This document shows positions 16,253 to 28,633 of a stretch of DNA of 64,000 nt, piece by piece. The stretch's first letter is position 1. Each line of letters opens with the position of its first letter. The translations under genes and the position numbers were made by a program. A model generated the notes under the pieces. The model made no database searches. It had not been told where the DNA came from and saw only the letters and a list, made by a program, of their open reading frames with translations. Origin of the DNA: Octopus vulgaris (lineage: Eukaryota); the NCBI GenBank assembly GCA_951406725.2, contig OX597831.1:10230001-10294000 (forward strand), given 5' to 3'.

Positions 16253-16586
16253 TCGTAAAGTGCTAAAATTTATTTTAATTCACTTTCAAATGGTTATCTA
16301 ATGCTGAGGATACCAAATAAGGACGAATCAGTACTATACACATCTCTCTACATTTTGCTTGTAGTTCATCGATACCAGATTCAAAATGTCTGCCTGCCAA
16401 GAGTAATGTAAGCCTTACGATTCCCCGTACTACAGGAATATCGTCCAGCTCCCAGTAGGCAAAACACGCAATTATACTCAAGTGTACCCATGCGCACACA
16501 CGCACACGCTCACACCTACACATACATGCGGGAGGCGTGTGTATGTTCCTTGATCATAGCTCAAGTGAAGATATACGACATATATG

Positions 16587-16629
<43 letters not shown>

Positions 16630-16649
16630 CATATATATATATGTATGTA

Positions 16650-16692
<43 letters not shown>

Positions 16693-16741
16693 TAACCCAA
16701 TATATATATATATATATATGTATATGTATATATGTATGTAC

Positions 16742-16787
<46 letters not shown>

Positions 16788-17197
16788 TTTTGTACATATA
16801 TATACATATGTTTATATATGTACATACATATACATAATTATGCCTGCATGTAGGTATGTTCTTTCGTCTATGATATTTTTACAATGTACTCGCAGGTGCC
16901 AAACTGCCGTCATCGATAAATAAATTGATAGATAATGAACACGGAGGAGATAGAGAAATAAGAAAGAAAACGGATAGCGTCAGTGCGTCCATGATCATTA
17001 ACATTCGAAAGCTATATTGGAAGACGCTGCAGCCTGAGAATCCTGTTGTCTGGAAATCAGTATTTTAAATGATCAATATTACATTGAAAATGTTGCTGTT
17101 GTTTTCTGCTTTCTACAGCTTCTTTGAACATCACTTGGCTGCCTGTTCAACTTATTTGTCTGCTAATAAGGTATATATATATATATATATACACACA

Positions 17198-17358
17198 GGA
17201 CGGTGTTTTTCTCAGTTACCTTTTACGAAATCCACTCACGAAACTTTGTTCGGCCCGATGTTATGCTAGAAGACACCTGTCCAATTTGCCGCGCGTAGGC
17301 CTGAACCCGAAAACATGTAGGTGGCAATCAAGCGTCTTACCACACAGTCACGCCTGCA
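17198..17358 (-). mobile_element. Degenerate tRNA/CORE-type SINE head (family of 50346-50784)
   Basis: Reverse complement aligns to GGCGCAGGAGTGGCTGTGTGGTAAG...GTGAGTGGATTT. Confidence 0.7.
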
Positions 17359-18025
17359 CTTGTCTCACCTGCCTCTTATTCTCTCCCACTTTTATGATAC
17401 ACTTTCCCCTCTGGATTACGTGGAACTGCTTCTTCTCAGTGAATTGTTTAATTAAGAGCCCTTCATATGAATTCACCAATAGCCAACTTACGTGAAAGTG
17501 TAGTTCCCATGCCGATAAGAGAATTGATTGTTTATATTCTTTTATAGAAATTCATGTCCACTAAATTATATATAATTTACCTGTTAAATATTTGTTTTAT
17601 CCAAAATGTCACAAATATACTTGAATGCATTCCTAAAGGTAACTAATATTTGTTCTGCTTATGTTCTAACTTTAGTGTCATCTATAGTTTCCAGTCAACA
17701 TCATAACATGGAACATCCCATTCCCGAAATAAGTAAAAAAGAAAACTGACCAAGTATATTTGAAATGACTTTTTTCATTTGCGTTGTGTAATCGTCTAAC
17801 GCGCTGTTAATCAAATTCCTTTTGAAAGAATTATGCAAATGTTTTCATTTTAACATCAGCAGGTGTATTGGCTACGAATTATTCAGCCAATCGAATGGAG
17901 CGGAAGTAGCTCTGTCCGCAGATCAAAGCATATATATATATATACATCTGTTTCGAGTTCTTTTAGATTGTGGACATTAGTTTTGTCTCTCAAATTGGTT
18001 TATATATACACAACATACACACACA

Positions 18026-18129
<104 letters not shown>

Positions 18130-18147
18130 TGTATATATATATATATA

Positions 18148-18340
18148 TGATAGATCGTTAGCCACTACACACAATTTTTCTCTCCTTGTTTCTCTCCTTG
18201 TTTTTTCTGTGTCACATTCTGCAGAAGAGCGTAGGCCTGAAACGTAAAATACTTTTTCTATTCCTGAGCGTTATACTAATACATCTGTTTGTTTTGTACA
18301 CCACCTGTCTTCGTCTATTGTTTTTTTTCGTAATCTCTCC

Positions 18341-18342
<2 letters not shown>
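18148..18342 (+). mobile_element. Short PLE-tail/retrozyme-like repeat with hammerhead-like motif (18217-18249)
   Basis: TT-CTGCAGAA-GAGC-GTAG-GCCT-GAAAC-GTA-AA; paralog of 10215-10410. Confidence 0.6.
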
Positions 18343-18424
<82 letters not shown>

Positions 18425-20923
18425 GGCTTATGAGAATCATGGATGAGCTTATCAAATATTATTCTTTAGAATAATGGCTCTTGAATGTATATTCTGATTT
18501 AGGGATTATTATTCACAAATTTACGCACGGACACATGTATGATAAGGTGTTTGTGCATGCACATTTATTTCCGTGACAATTTCTTTCATGTAGCAGAAAG
18601 AGCCAAGATAGTTTCGAAAATTAGAGGTGATTAATATTCCAGTATTTCAAGCTAACCAATGATGTATTGATGATACGAGTTAATTACTAGGTATATAAAA
18701 GGTATCATTGTTTAATTTCAAAGCTGATAAACAGCATGTGTTGTAAACTTTCGGGCTTTTGTTTCTCTTACATCCGATAGAGTTCACCAGGTAAAATGTG
18801 TCCTATGAAGGCATCGGATAGCATTTCCGTTCTTTTGTTTAAGTTATCGGTTAACTGCGTCATGCATTGGGAGTGTTTCTAAAATCCAAATATGGTCATA
18901 TGTGTTCCGATTCTGTAGCATGCCGTGTGTTTAAAACTTGTACAGTTTATTATAAACGACCCTATGATCACTTTTGCTAAGGTACACAGCACCCATCTAC
19001 AGATAAAAGAATGTTTGTTTTTTTTTGTAATTGCGGGTATTATGTTTAAAACGAATCTAACTTATCTAATTTTAATTAGCTCCTATTTTTTGTGTATATT
19101 TATTTTACCATACGTATTTGTGTTTCATTTTTTTGCATTGCCTTCTTGTTGTTTATTATTGGTAAACATAGCAGCCATATTTCTATATCTATTTATATGT
19201 ATGTATGTATGTATGCATGTATGTATGTATGTATGTATGCATGTGTGTATGTATGTATAACATACGGGTTTGATTTCCACTCTCACTAAACACAATAAAA
19301 TATGCTTGGGCACACGAATTCACATAAAGAATTTTGCAAACGATATACAAAAACAAAGTATATACACATATATTACATCCATAGAGGAAGAGTGAGAAAG
19401 AGAGTGAGGAAATAATTGTAAGAAAATGCCTAGGGAAATGTATTGTAGATAAACGAAGAAACATTGTGTAGAGTTTTAACTCAGCAGCTCCCGGTTTCGA
19501 TTACTCAAGATGACTTCTTCGTGCTGAGTAAAATGGAAAATGATAAAATATATTAAATTGAATTAAACTTTCGTGAAGTCAGTCCCATTACTTCATATAT
19601 TTCTCTTTTAAAGATTAAATAGTGCAGCAATTCAGTTCCTTTCAACAGCCGCTCTTTCGTAGTGGGTAAATGAAAATGTTGGTTGGTCTGCTTGGAAGAC
19701 GGGCAGTAATTTTATTCGAACGAGATAATGCTTCCTTGCGGTTTCACCAGACTTTTATCAGTCTAGTAGTAGTGGTGTTGCTTTATAGCAGTAGTCCATC
19801 GAAAACCTAGGAGTAATCGATGTGTTGGTCAGTGGAATAGTATTGCTGAGAGTTATTATCTCTCTTTTCGTGTTATAGGAATTTAGACATGCGTTGGTAA
19901 TGAATAACATTTCTTTGATAATGCGTTGAATTATATTATTACAAAATCTATAAATAGAAACATCGTAAAGTTTAATATATCGGCACGTGTGTCTATATAT
20001 AGGTGCCTACATGTTTCCATCCCCGTATTTTACTTTGGGAATTGAGACAACATTTATCCCACCATGAAACATATTTTTCCTAGATATAATTTAATTCCAG
20101 AACTTCCGAACTACACAGTATGTAAGATTAGAATGGCCGTTGTGAAGTCTGAAGGTAATAGTTTTGATAGTTCTATGTTTGTTGAAGAGACAGATAAAAC
20201 ATAGATGTCAAAACACTGTTGCATATACGTTCACATGGTTGTCTTCACTTTTGAGTGATTAAAAGATGTGGTTGAGAAATGATAGTAGCGCTCGTTCGGT
20301 TATGCATCGGAAAGTCGAAATTACAAAACAACAACGTGTTGTGAAGCTGATGATTTTCAAGGAAGGAAAGACAGACGAGGTTCTACTTTCCGGGACTCGG
20401 ATGCATGGCGTGATTTCATCATGACAGCTGATGCATAGAACCCTAAAAGGAACTGATGGAGATCATGTGTAAGACGGAAATATGGGGCCTTTTTGTGAGA
20501 GATGTAATGTAGAAAAATGGAGGCGGGGAGGCAAACCTATTGTTCTCAGGTGGTCTAAGTTGAAACAGCCGGAGAGTCGATACATTGAGGAATGTTTGAG
20601 AAATTGAAAGAGATGCTAGTGATATGTCCATATGTTTGCATAGAGAGAAATAAGCAGGCTGGAACACACATATATGCATACACACACAAGTCTATCGATA
20701 TTCATATGTATAGATAAAAATTTTACATATATATTCTCAACCAACAAAATATAAATTTGAGTGGAGTTTCACGTGTATTACTATAGGTTTATATGCATAC
20801 ATAATTATACAGCTATATATCTTTAATATGAATAAATATGTAAAGAATTCAATATTGATAAATATATACATTATTTGCATTATTTAATTTTGACGGATAT
20901 TTGTCCTCATGTTGTTTGTTGTT

Positions 20924-20969
20924 AACACAGCGTTTCGGCTGATATACCCTCCAACATTCATCAGGTGTC
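20924..20969 (-). ncRNA. Minimal type-I hammerhead (degenerate)
   Basis: GACAC-CUGAUGA-a-UGUUG..CAGCC-GAAAC-GCU-GUGUU; stem I GACAC/GUGUU, stem II partly mismatched. Confidence 0.6.
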
Positions 20970-21020
20970 TTGGGAAATTTTGAACTTGGGTTCTCATTCC
21001 TAAGGTATTTTTCGATGTTA

Positions 21021-21051
<31 letters not shown>

Positions 21052-21178
21052 ATTATTATTATTATTATTATTATTTTTATTCAAGTCAGTGCCTCGAATC
21101 GAACTCGGAATCTTGGGGTTAGTAGCCCGTGCTCTTAACCACTACGGAATGAGAACTCAGGTTCGAAACTTTCCCCAA

Positions 21179-21224
21179 GACACCCGATGAAGGCTGGAAG
21201 GTATATCAGCCGAAACTTTGTCTT
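21179..21224 (+). ncRNA. Minimal type-I hammerhead (degenerate inverted copy)
   Basis: GACAC-CCGAUGA-a-GGCUG..CAGCC-GAAAC-UUU-GUCUU; intact stem II, U4->C in the core. Confidence 0.55.
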
Positions 21225-21413
21225 AACGACAAATAAGATAAGGACAAATATCCGTCAAATGTAAATAATGTACGTAATTCCTCATTTCTTAAATATAGAA
21301 CTGACAAATATACCTAAGCTATTTTCCAAAAAGTCAAAGTTTTTCGTATTCATTCATTTCAGAATTGTATCTTGTTAACATGTCCCCCCTCGTACATCTG
21401 CCATTTGTCACTA

Positions 21414-21798
21414 GAAGAAGCACTCCGTCGGTTACGACGACGAGGGTTCCGGTTGATCCGATCAACGGAACAGCCTGCTCGTGAAATTAACGTGTAAGTG
21501 GCTGAGCACTCCACAGACACGTGTACCCTTAACGTAGTTCTCGGGGATATTCAGCGTGACACAGAGAGTGACAAGGCCGGTCCCTTGAAATACAGGTACA
21601 ACAGAAACAGGAAGTAAGAGTGAGAGAAAGTTGTGGTGATAGAGTACAGCAGGGATCACCACCATCCTCTGCCGGAGCCTCGTGGAGCTTTAGGTGTTTT
21701 CCCTCAATAAACACTCACAACGCCCGGTCTGGGAATCGAAACCGCGATCCTACGACCGCGGGTCCGATGCCCTAACCACTGGGCCATTGCACTTCCAC
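21414..21798 (-). mobile_element. Full-length tRNA-derived SINE with 12-13 bp TSD
   Basis: Head TGGCCCAGTGGTTAGG...GGTTTCGATTCCC on minus strand; CCATTTGTCACTA duplicated at 21401-21413 and 21798-21810. Confidence 0.9.
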
Positions 21799-22487
21799 CA
21801 TTTGTCACTAACAACATCGCCCAACCTTTGTTGAAAATCTGTCACAGTGATATTTTTCTATAAATTTTGGGACGTTTTCTTTCCTTTCGAATTATTTCAT
21901 TTTACTTTCTCTTTTACTTTGGTTCTAAGTGTTTTATAGCAATATTGTTATTTGAGTTTCAATATTTGTTCACATCGTTATTTTGCCTCTTTGTCTGTGA
22001 TGTATATTTATTTATTCATTTCATAATCATTATTATTTCTTTTACAGTCATAAATATTTTTTTTTATTAGTACCATCTTTTTCCTCATAGCGGCGGGTTT
22101 CAAAATGTCTTTTTCTTTGTAGATAGAAATAATGTCAAACTCTCTCCTTATAGAGAAAGGATTTAATGTTAGCTTCTTGCTGGGTGAGGCGTTTATCTGT
22201 TATGGTAATAAATAAAATATATATTCTATAGAAAATACTAAATGATGCTTTCGAACATATAAATGTACCTAATCTTGATACAAAAACTGATAGGCGCACA
22301 CACACATGCACACACAGATATGTATACACACACACACACACACGCACATACACACACACATATATATATATGGGTGCCAATATATATATGTGTATGTGTA
22401 TATATTTATACATTTATACGTATATAAGCATATAAATATGTATATATATATATTTATATATATATATATATATACATATATAAGCAT

Positions 22488-22545
<58 letters not shown>

Positions 22546-23249
22546 ATATACACACAAATAGGTATATATGTAGGTACACACACATGCACATACTAACGCT
22601 CACACATATGGATATAGATGCATAGATACACTAATATGTAAATGTGTGTGGGCACCCGTGTGTGTGCATATGAGAGACCCATACAAAAATCTTCTGCGGT
22701 ATGTAATTTTTGCTTTCTTTTATTTTTACGACGTCTGCATCAGTTTTTTCATCATTACAGCAAAATATTCTAAAAACTATAATGCAATGAAATATCCTGT
22801 GCTATATGCATATTTTCCAAAACATAATTTCAGACAGTTGATATGTGTACACAGTGAATAGTCTTAGTATATTCAGAACTGTTTCCCATTAGGACAAAAT
22901 ACAATCAATATATAGTGTTTATTCCACAATAAAAGAAATGGACGAATGATGATCATGAATTTTTAAAATAAATAAATATGCTGTACGCATGTAGAGAATA
23001 GAATCTAGAAATTACTGAAATTCATATGGGAAGACAAAGAAGAATAACAATAAAATATACAAACACCACCAGACTTCAGCCGTAATGGTAAGAAGACTGG
23101 CGTTAAGAATATAGAGATATGTCCCGAAACTAATTTGCGAAAGATGTAGTCAGACTTTATCGGTGAATAGTTTGCAGACAGGTTGTATAATGTTTTTAAT
23201 ACGCATGCGTTTGAAAATAAGCGAAAATGAATATCGCATTTGTTGTTCC

Positions 23250-24030
23250 AAAGTGCAGGTTTGCTGGCGTCATGAGTGTGTCGTACATCGCCCAGAGCAG
23301 GAAGGAGATGCAAAAAAGTTCAAGCCTCCACAGCTCAGTCCATGTGATTTTCCTCTTAGGGAGATCACATTTAGTCTATACAACCTGAGATGCTAACTCC
23401 GTAGCTCTTGATTTTGTTGTTTCTTCCTCTCTCGTACCGCACCGCTTCCATTGTTGGAAATAGGAAGTACCAAGACCCTGGCGACTCCTGCATGTAACTC
23501 CAACGATTTCCTGTAGCTCCAGCATGCCTTTAGCCTGAGCGACTGTGGTGCTAGTAACCCTCTTTCGCCCCCCCCCCCCCCCTTATGGTACCTGCATGGC
23601 TGACAAGCTCGTCCTTAAAGTCTCTGTATATCATTGCAATATTACATTTTGCTAATTTAAATTCCTCCAATACGGACGACCGAGGAACTTTTAGCTGACA
23701 TGATCGTATGTACAGACATATTGAAGTAACGCTTGGGGGAACACCTAACCATCTTCGAAGGTATATATTTATCTTCCTGTCCACCATTTCCACACTTATC
23801 ATCGGAATATCATACAACGTCAATAACCACATGAGTCTTTGGAGCAGCCTGTGTTGTGAGAGCTATGTCCTCAACTTTCCTGGAAGCTGTGATCTATCAA
23901 TCGTCATCAGCCACTCCACTGCTTACTTCACAATGCTGGTAACATTGCTTCTATCTGAGAGAGACTTGCTAAACATCTTTCCAAGGCATTTCATGGGATT
24001 TTCCTCTATATTGTATGAGGAATACCGAGT
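23250..24030 (-). pseudogene. Decayed Hero-like (restriction-like endonuclease type) non-LTR retrotransposon fragment, RT thumb region
   Basis: Translates with stops as ENPMKCLGKMFSKSLSD...QLPGKL...LQRLMWLLTLYDIP...KINIYLRRWLGVPPSVTSICLY...SSVLEEFK...RQGLG...RKITWTELWRLE, matching Hero-family motifs from recall. Confidence 0.75.
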
Positions 24031-24442
24031 GTCTTCATGATTGACTTGCAGGACTCGTTGTCAATTATGGCCTGAATCTCATCAACGAATTGACAAGTTA
24101 TTTTCTTATTAGAACAATCAGAGGGAGTTTTCCGAGAAGCCGTACCTTCATAAACACCAATCGACTCATCCAGCTCTTTCCGAATCCTCTGCACTGTCCT
24201 CTGATTAACATCCAAACACACTGAAGTGCTCGTATTGGAGTTCCCGGTACGAATGCCAAGCGGTACTTCAAGTCTTTTCCAAATTTCTGGCTGAGTGAAT
24301 TGTGTCATGGTGCTGTTTTTCTCATAGACGGTGCCCAATTGCCCTTACTATAAAGTGTAGTCCACAAAATCTAAAACAAACAATGCACATGCGCAAAAAT
24401 TAGATATATGATACGGCGACAATTTACCTATCGCATGCTGTA
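24030..24442 (-). mobile_element. Tc1/mariner-superfamily transposon 5' end (TIR plus N-terminal HTH of transposase)
   Basis: TA-CAGCATGCGATAGGTAAATTGTCGCC terminus; ORF ...LDVNQRTVQRIRKELDESIG...VDEIQAIIDNESCKSI is HTH-like and truncated. Confidence 0.65.
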
Positions 24443-24475
24443 CTCTGTGTCTATGTGTATATCCGTATGTATGTA

Positions 24476-24531
<56 letters not shown>

Positions 24532-24635
24532 TTCAGCAAAATTTAGATTCAGATGAACATGGTACTTAAGTTAAAGGCACTTTATAATAATAAAATTTTG
24601 TATGGTATTATCCATATAAATCAAATGGGGTGATT

Positions 24636-24795
24636 ATAATCAAAATAAGCAACAAGTATATCCGAGATGGAGTAATACAATTGTTTCATGCTACTTCACT
24701 TTATTAAATAAAATGAAAATATTTATTAAATAAAACGAAGTAATATGAAACAATTGTACTACTCTACCTTGGATATCATTGTTGCTTATTTTGAT

Positions 24796-24798
<3 letters not shown>
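24636..24798. repeat. Inverted repeat (24636-24705 / 24729-24798) containing the 3' half of a hammerhead-like motif
   Basis: ATAATCAAAATAAGCAACAA...TACAATTGTTTCAT is mirrored by ATGAAACAATTGTA...TTGTTGCTTATTTTGATTAT; GAAAC-AATT-GTA forms a palindromic stem III; abuts (AT)n. Confidence 0.75.
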
Positions 24799-24833
<35 letters not shown>

Positions 24834-27006
24834 ATATATATGAATGAATGCATGTGTGTATGTGTTTGTCTGTGTGATTGAGGGCCTGTATGTATGTACG
24901 CTTACACATACACTTAAAATTCATTCAAATACACATTTACAAAATCGAATTCATAATTTCTTGTTTATTTCCAATTTAGTGAGTGACTGATAATTCTGGA
25001 ACGAGTGTGTATTCGTGTCACGTTTTTACCGCATGTTTATCATAGAATATTAACTTGGCAGCTCTTTATATTTGAGAGTGCTTACCGCTGAGATAAAGCT
25101 GAATATCAAAACACACGTGATGTTACGCATGGTTACTTCCGTTTCGTCTTCTGTTCTGGTAATTGTTGAAAAATCTCATATCATGGCTGAACGATCCTAA
25201 TTGGTTTGTTCTATGGTGACTTCTTCCGGTGAAATTCCTGAAAAAAAAATAAAAACGTCACGTGTGAACTGACAAATTTGGATCGTTGGATCGTTCAGCC
25301 CTGATTAAAAGCAATCCTAGAACTACCCGAACAAAAAGAATCAAACCAGAAATTGAATTAACCAAGCAGAACATAAAGAGTGGTTCGAATATTCAGTGTT
25401 ATCTCGACAGTCAGCAATTTCAAGTAAGAGTAACGACGACACGAACGCTCTGTGCTAAACAAACTCCGAGAATTAGAGTCTAGGTAGATATGGCATATCT
25501 CCAGGACATTCCATCTTACACCATTTTAATACACTGGATAGTCGCTGAGTTTTGTGTTTTTTAATTAAGCAAGCATATCTTTGTTGCATTCATCTGTGGA
25601 CAGAAAAATAATCTATATGACAACAGTGATCATAGATATTCTTCCTGTAGCCAACCACCTCACCAGTTGTTGTATAGTTAAGTATGAACAATGACCGCCT
25701 CTCAGTACTTCACTGTATTTCAAAGTCAAGATGATCCACTTCATATACGGAATAAGCAGATTATATTTTCAATCATTCGATTCCCAATATGACTTATATG
25801 TCTATTTTAACATGCAATATGCTTTCTCTCAACACTCAACGTATGGCCTTAAACCAAGGAAGCTAAGTCATCTCCTATTTCTTAGTTCAAACCAACTTAG
25901 TATTTCATACCTGATTATTATTGCAAATTCCCTTTATTACAGAATAGATATCATCGTTGGACTAGTATGCGCTCCTTGTCTGTCATTTTCGTTTCGTAGA
26001 CATTTTCTATCTTCAAACACATTGACTCAAGATGAAATGTCCTCAATTTCTTCGCATGACCACCAGCCCACAATATACTGCAGAACATCCAAAATCCTAT
26101 TATTCAATATAGCTTCTCCGGTCAAACATAGTTTTATTCTTATATTTTATCACAGCTTAGTGCTGTCAGTCATATCGTGTCTTAATTTTTTTTTCTCCAT
26201 AGCAAAACTGGACATATTTTTGCCCGCGTTGTAGTTGATGAAGAGCTGTTTGGATTTTCCTTATGGATATTCTGTTATTATTATTCGATCGTTTACCTAT
26301 GTTCAAGCAAACGTACTTTGGTCTGCTTTATAACGTGTCTCGAGCCTATGTTTCAAGATAATATTTTAATATGAAAGTCCTTTTGTAAACATGACATGTG
26401 ACGAGTGTTTAGGGGATATCTAGAGAAGATATAAGGTGCCATTTGAAATATTACTTAAATTGTATGTTCCTGTATGACATACTTTTTGATGGTATTTTTT
26501 CCTTACTTCCGCACCAGTTAATAGAGTTTATATCTTTTTCCATAAACGCTTCATGTTTTTTCCTGCTTTAGGATTTTTTCGGCCTTTAATGCGGTCTCCT
26601 ACTTCGAAACATAATGGTTTTAATTGGATACGCTCCAAGTGCATAGTGAACGCGTACATTTTCCGTTTCTTCATTCTTGCGTAGGCGATTTAGATTTCTC
26701 GTATGACTCTAACACTCAATACCCTCGAAGTCTACACTCTGAACGACTCTTATGTTGAAACTTCTGTATTTTCTATGTCATTCAATTTCTGTTTTATATT
26801 TAGAATGGTGGAGATGTTGTCTATTAGGAATGGTTTCCTACCTTTCCATATCTGAAGATATGTTTCACTGCTTCCATATCTGAAGATATGTTTCACTACT
26901 TCCACTACTGAACGACACAAAGGAACTTATCCAAATGAATATCAGAAAGATCTCCATTACTGCATCGATGCATATCATTAGTTATAATACATAACATTGT
27001 GAGTAA

Positions 27007-27087
<81 letters not shown>

Positions 27088-28330
27088 TCCCTTCAGGCAT
27101 TCAACTTCCGATTGCAATATCACGTGTAGGTTAACTTACTCTGGCTTTCTTATACGCAGACTCATTCACTCAGGTTTGATTGGAGCTGACATTTTTAGTG
27201 TCATTATTTTCACTATTAACTGGTGAAGAAATACTTTTATAGTTCCATTGACATACCTGATAAATACTATGGTAAGCTCGAGAAACAAGCATATATGGTA
27301 AGCTCCATATGCCTCCATGGATATTGCATCCTCTGTCAGGATAACCTGAATACATTCAAAAAATCTAATATTGCTCTTTTCCAGAATTTGACTACGTGTC
27401 TAATCACGTAAACAGCTTTGCAGTTTCCACAGATGTCCTTCTATAGAATTACTTTAATTATATAATTAGAAATAAGAAACGAAGGGAATGCGCCAACCCT
27501 TAATAGGGTAATTCAATAGTTAGGATGGCATAAATCTCTCTAGCTTTTTACTGATTTTGTAAAATATAATTGTCATTTGGGTTGGCTACACAAATTATTC
27601 ATAGAATGTTATGAGTTTGTAACAGAAAATTTTATCTACTTATTAATTTCCCATTCGGTGGTATCTTGATATATTCCATGGAACCTATACGCTATCAATA
27701 CGGATTGGAATTTAAATGAGTATAATGTCTGTAAATGTTAAAACTTGAGGGAAAAAATTCTAAAGCCGCAATCTTACGCTTTGTTGCAAGAATAATTATT
27801 TTTATAAGAAGCTAACCTACGTCATTCTCATATGATGCAGTGCTTTATGAAATAGAAGGCACTTCTAATAATGGTAATGTATACCTTTCAAGATGTCTAC
27901 TAGTAAACTACAATATTATGGGAAATAATAACACCTTTCTCCGTGCAAAGTCGGAATCCATCATCCACAATGCATATTTAATTTTGTTTTCATGCATAAA
28001 GTAACCAATTAACAGACACATAACAAAGCAATCAGTTGACAGAAGTATTGGATATGGAGAAAATGTTCATTGTTGTTGATATTTAACCCTTAGGTATTCC
28101 AAAAACGAATATAACGGGACTTATTAATAAATTAAAACTTTATTAAGTATTATTAACATTATTATAAATGAAGGCCAGATAACCAAAGAGATGGGGTTTC
28201 GGATTTCCACTTCGGCATCCGAAACTCAGAGTTTTATCTTAGCTATTGAATAATGGTCACATATTAATTTACAGATAAATTTCCTCTAATATTGAGGTCT
28301 CTTTCTTTCTTTTGTTATCTTACGTTTTTA

Positions 28331-28385
<55 letters not shown>

Positions 28386-28505
28386 GCATATTTATATATA
28401 TATATATTTATATAATATTAATTCGAGACAAAGCCACTATTTTGCAAAACAAACAAGGAAAGACTTAATCAATACATAAAAATTTTAATATAAAGAAATA
28501 AACCA

Positions 28506-28548
28506 CCACTACAATCGTTTCATGTCTTCAATGACATTCGTCAGGTGG
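28506..28548 (-). ncRNA. Canonical minimal type-I hammerhead ribozyme
   Basis: Exact reverse complement of 28591-28633. Confidence 0.85.
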
Positions 28549-28590
28549 ATTTTCACTTCATAAATTAAAACAGAATAGGAGATCGAAAAT

Positions 28591-28633
28591 CCACCTGACG
28601 AATGTCATTGAAGACATGAAACGATTGTAGTGG
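28591..28633 (+). ncRNA. Canonical minimal type-I hammerhead ribozyme
   Basis: CCAC-CUGACGA-AUGUC-AUUGAA-GACAU-GAAAC-GAUU-GUA-GUGG: all core bases and stems I, II and III intact; predicted cleavage after 28629. Confidence 0.85.

Larger units (their letters stand above)
20868..21303 (-). mobile_element. tRNA-headed element with (AAT)n linker and hammerhead-bearing tail, plus inverted duplicate of the tail
   Basis: Minus strand order: tRNA-like head 21145-21085 (TAGTGGTTAAG A-box remnant, GAGTTCGATTC B-box), (AAT)n, tail 21000-20868 with CUGAUGA...CAGCC-GAAAC. The tail is repeated in inverted orientation from 21146. Confidence 0.75.

Noticed and set aside
19474-19533. Hammerhead-like hairpin on minus strand (UCAGCA-CGAAGA...GAAACCGG...UGCUGAG)
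   Set aside because: Stem I is good, but the core lacks U4, stem II pairs poorly and there is no clear cleavage triplet; at best a decayed relic.
21085-21145. Functional tRNA gene (likewise the other SINE heads)
   Set aside because: No complete cloverleaf or acceptor stem; the heads continue into repeat bodies.
26844-26905. 27-bp tandem duplication resembling a CRISPR-like repeat
   Set aside because: Two adjacent copies with no spacer in eukaryotic DNA; a simple slippage duplication.
26250-27400. Possible very old RTE-like LINE on minus strand (similar hints at 43340-43760)
   Set aside because: Only faint motif resemblance; no convincing translation by eye.
28194-28226. Small hairpin GTTTCGGAT...ATCCGAAAC
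   Set aside because: Possibly another inverted PLE tail, but too short and lacks a CUGANGA.
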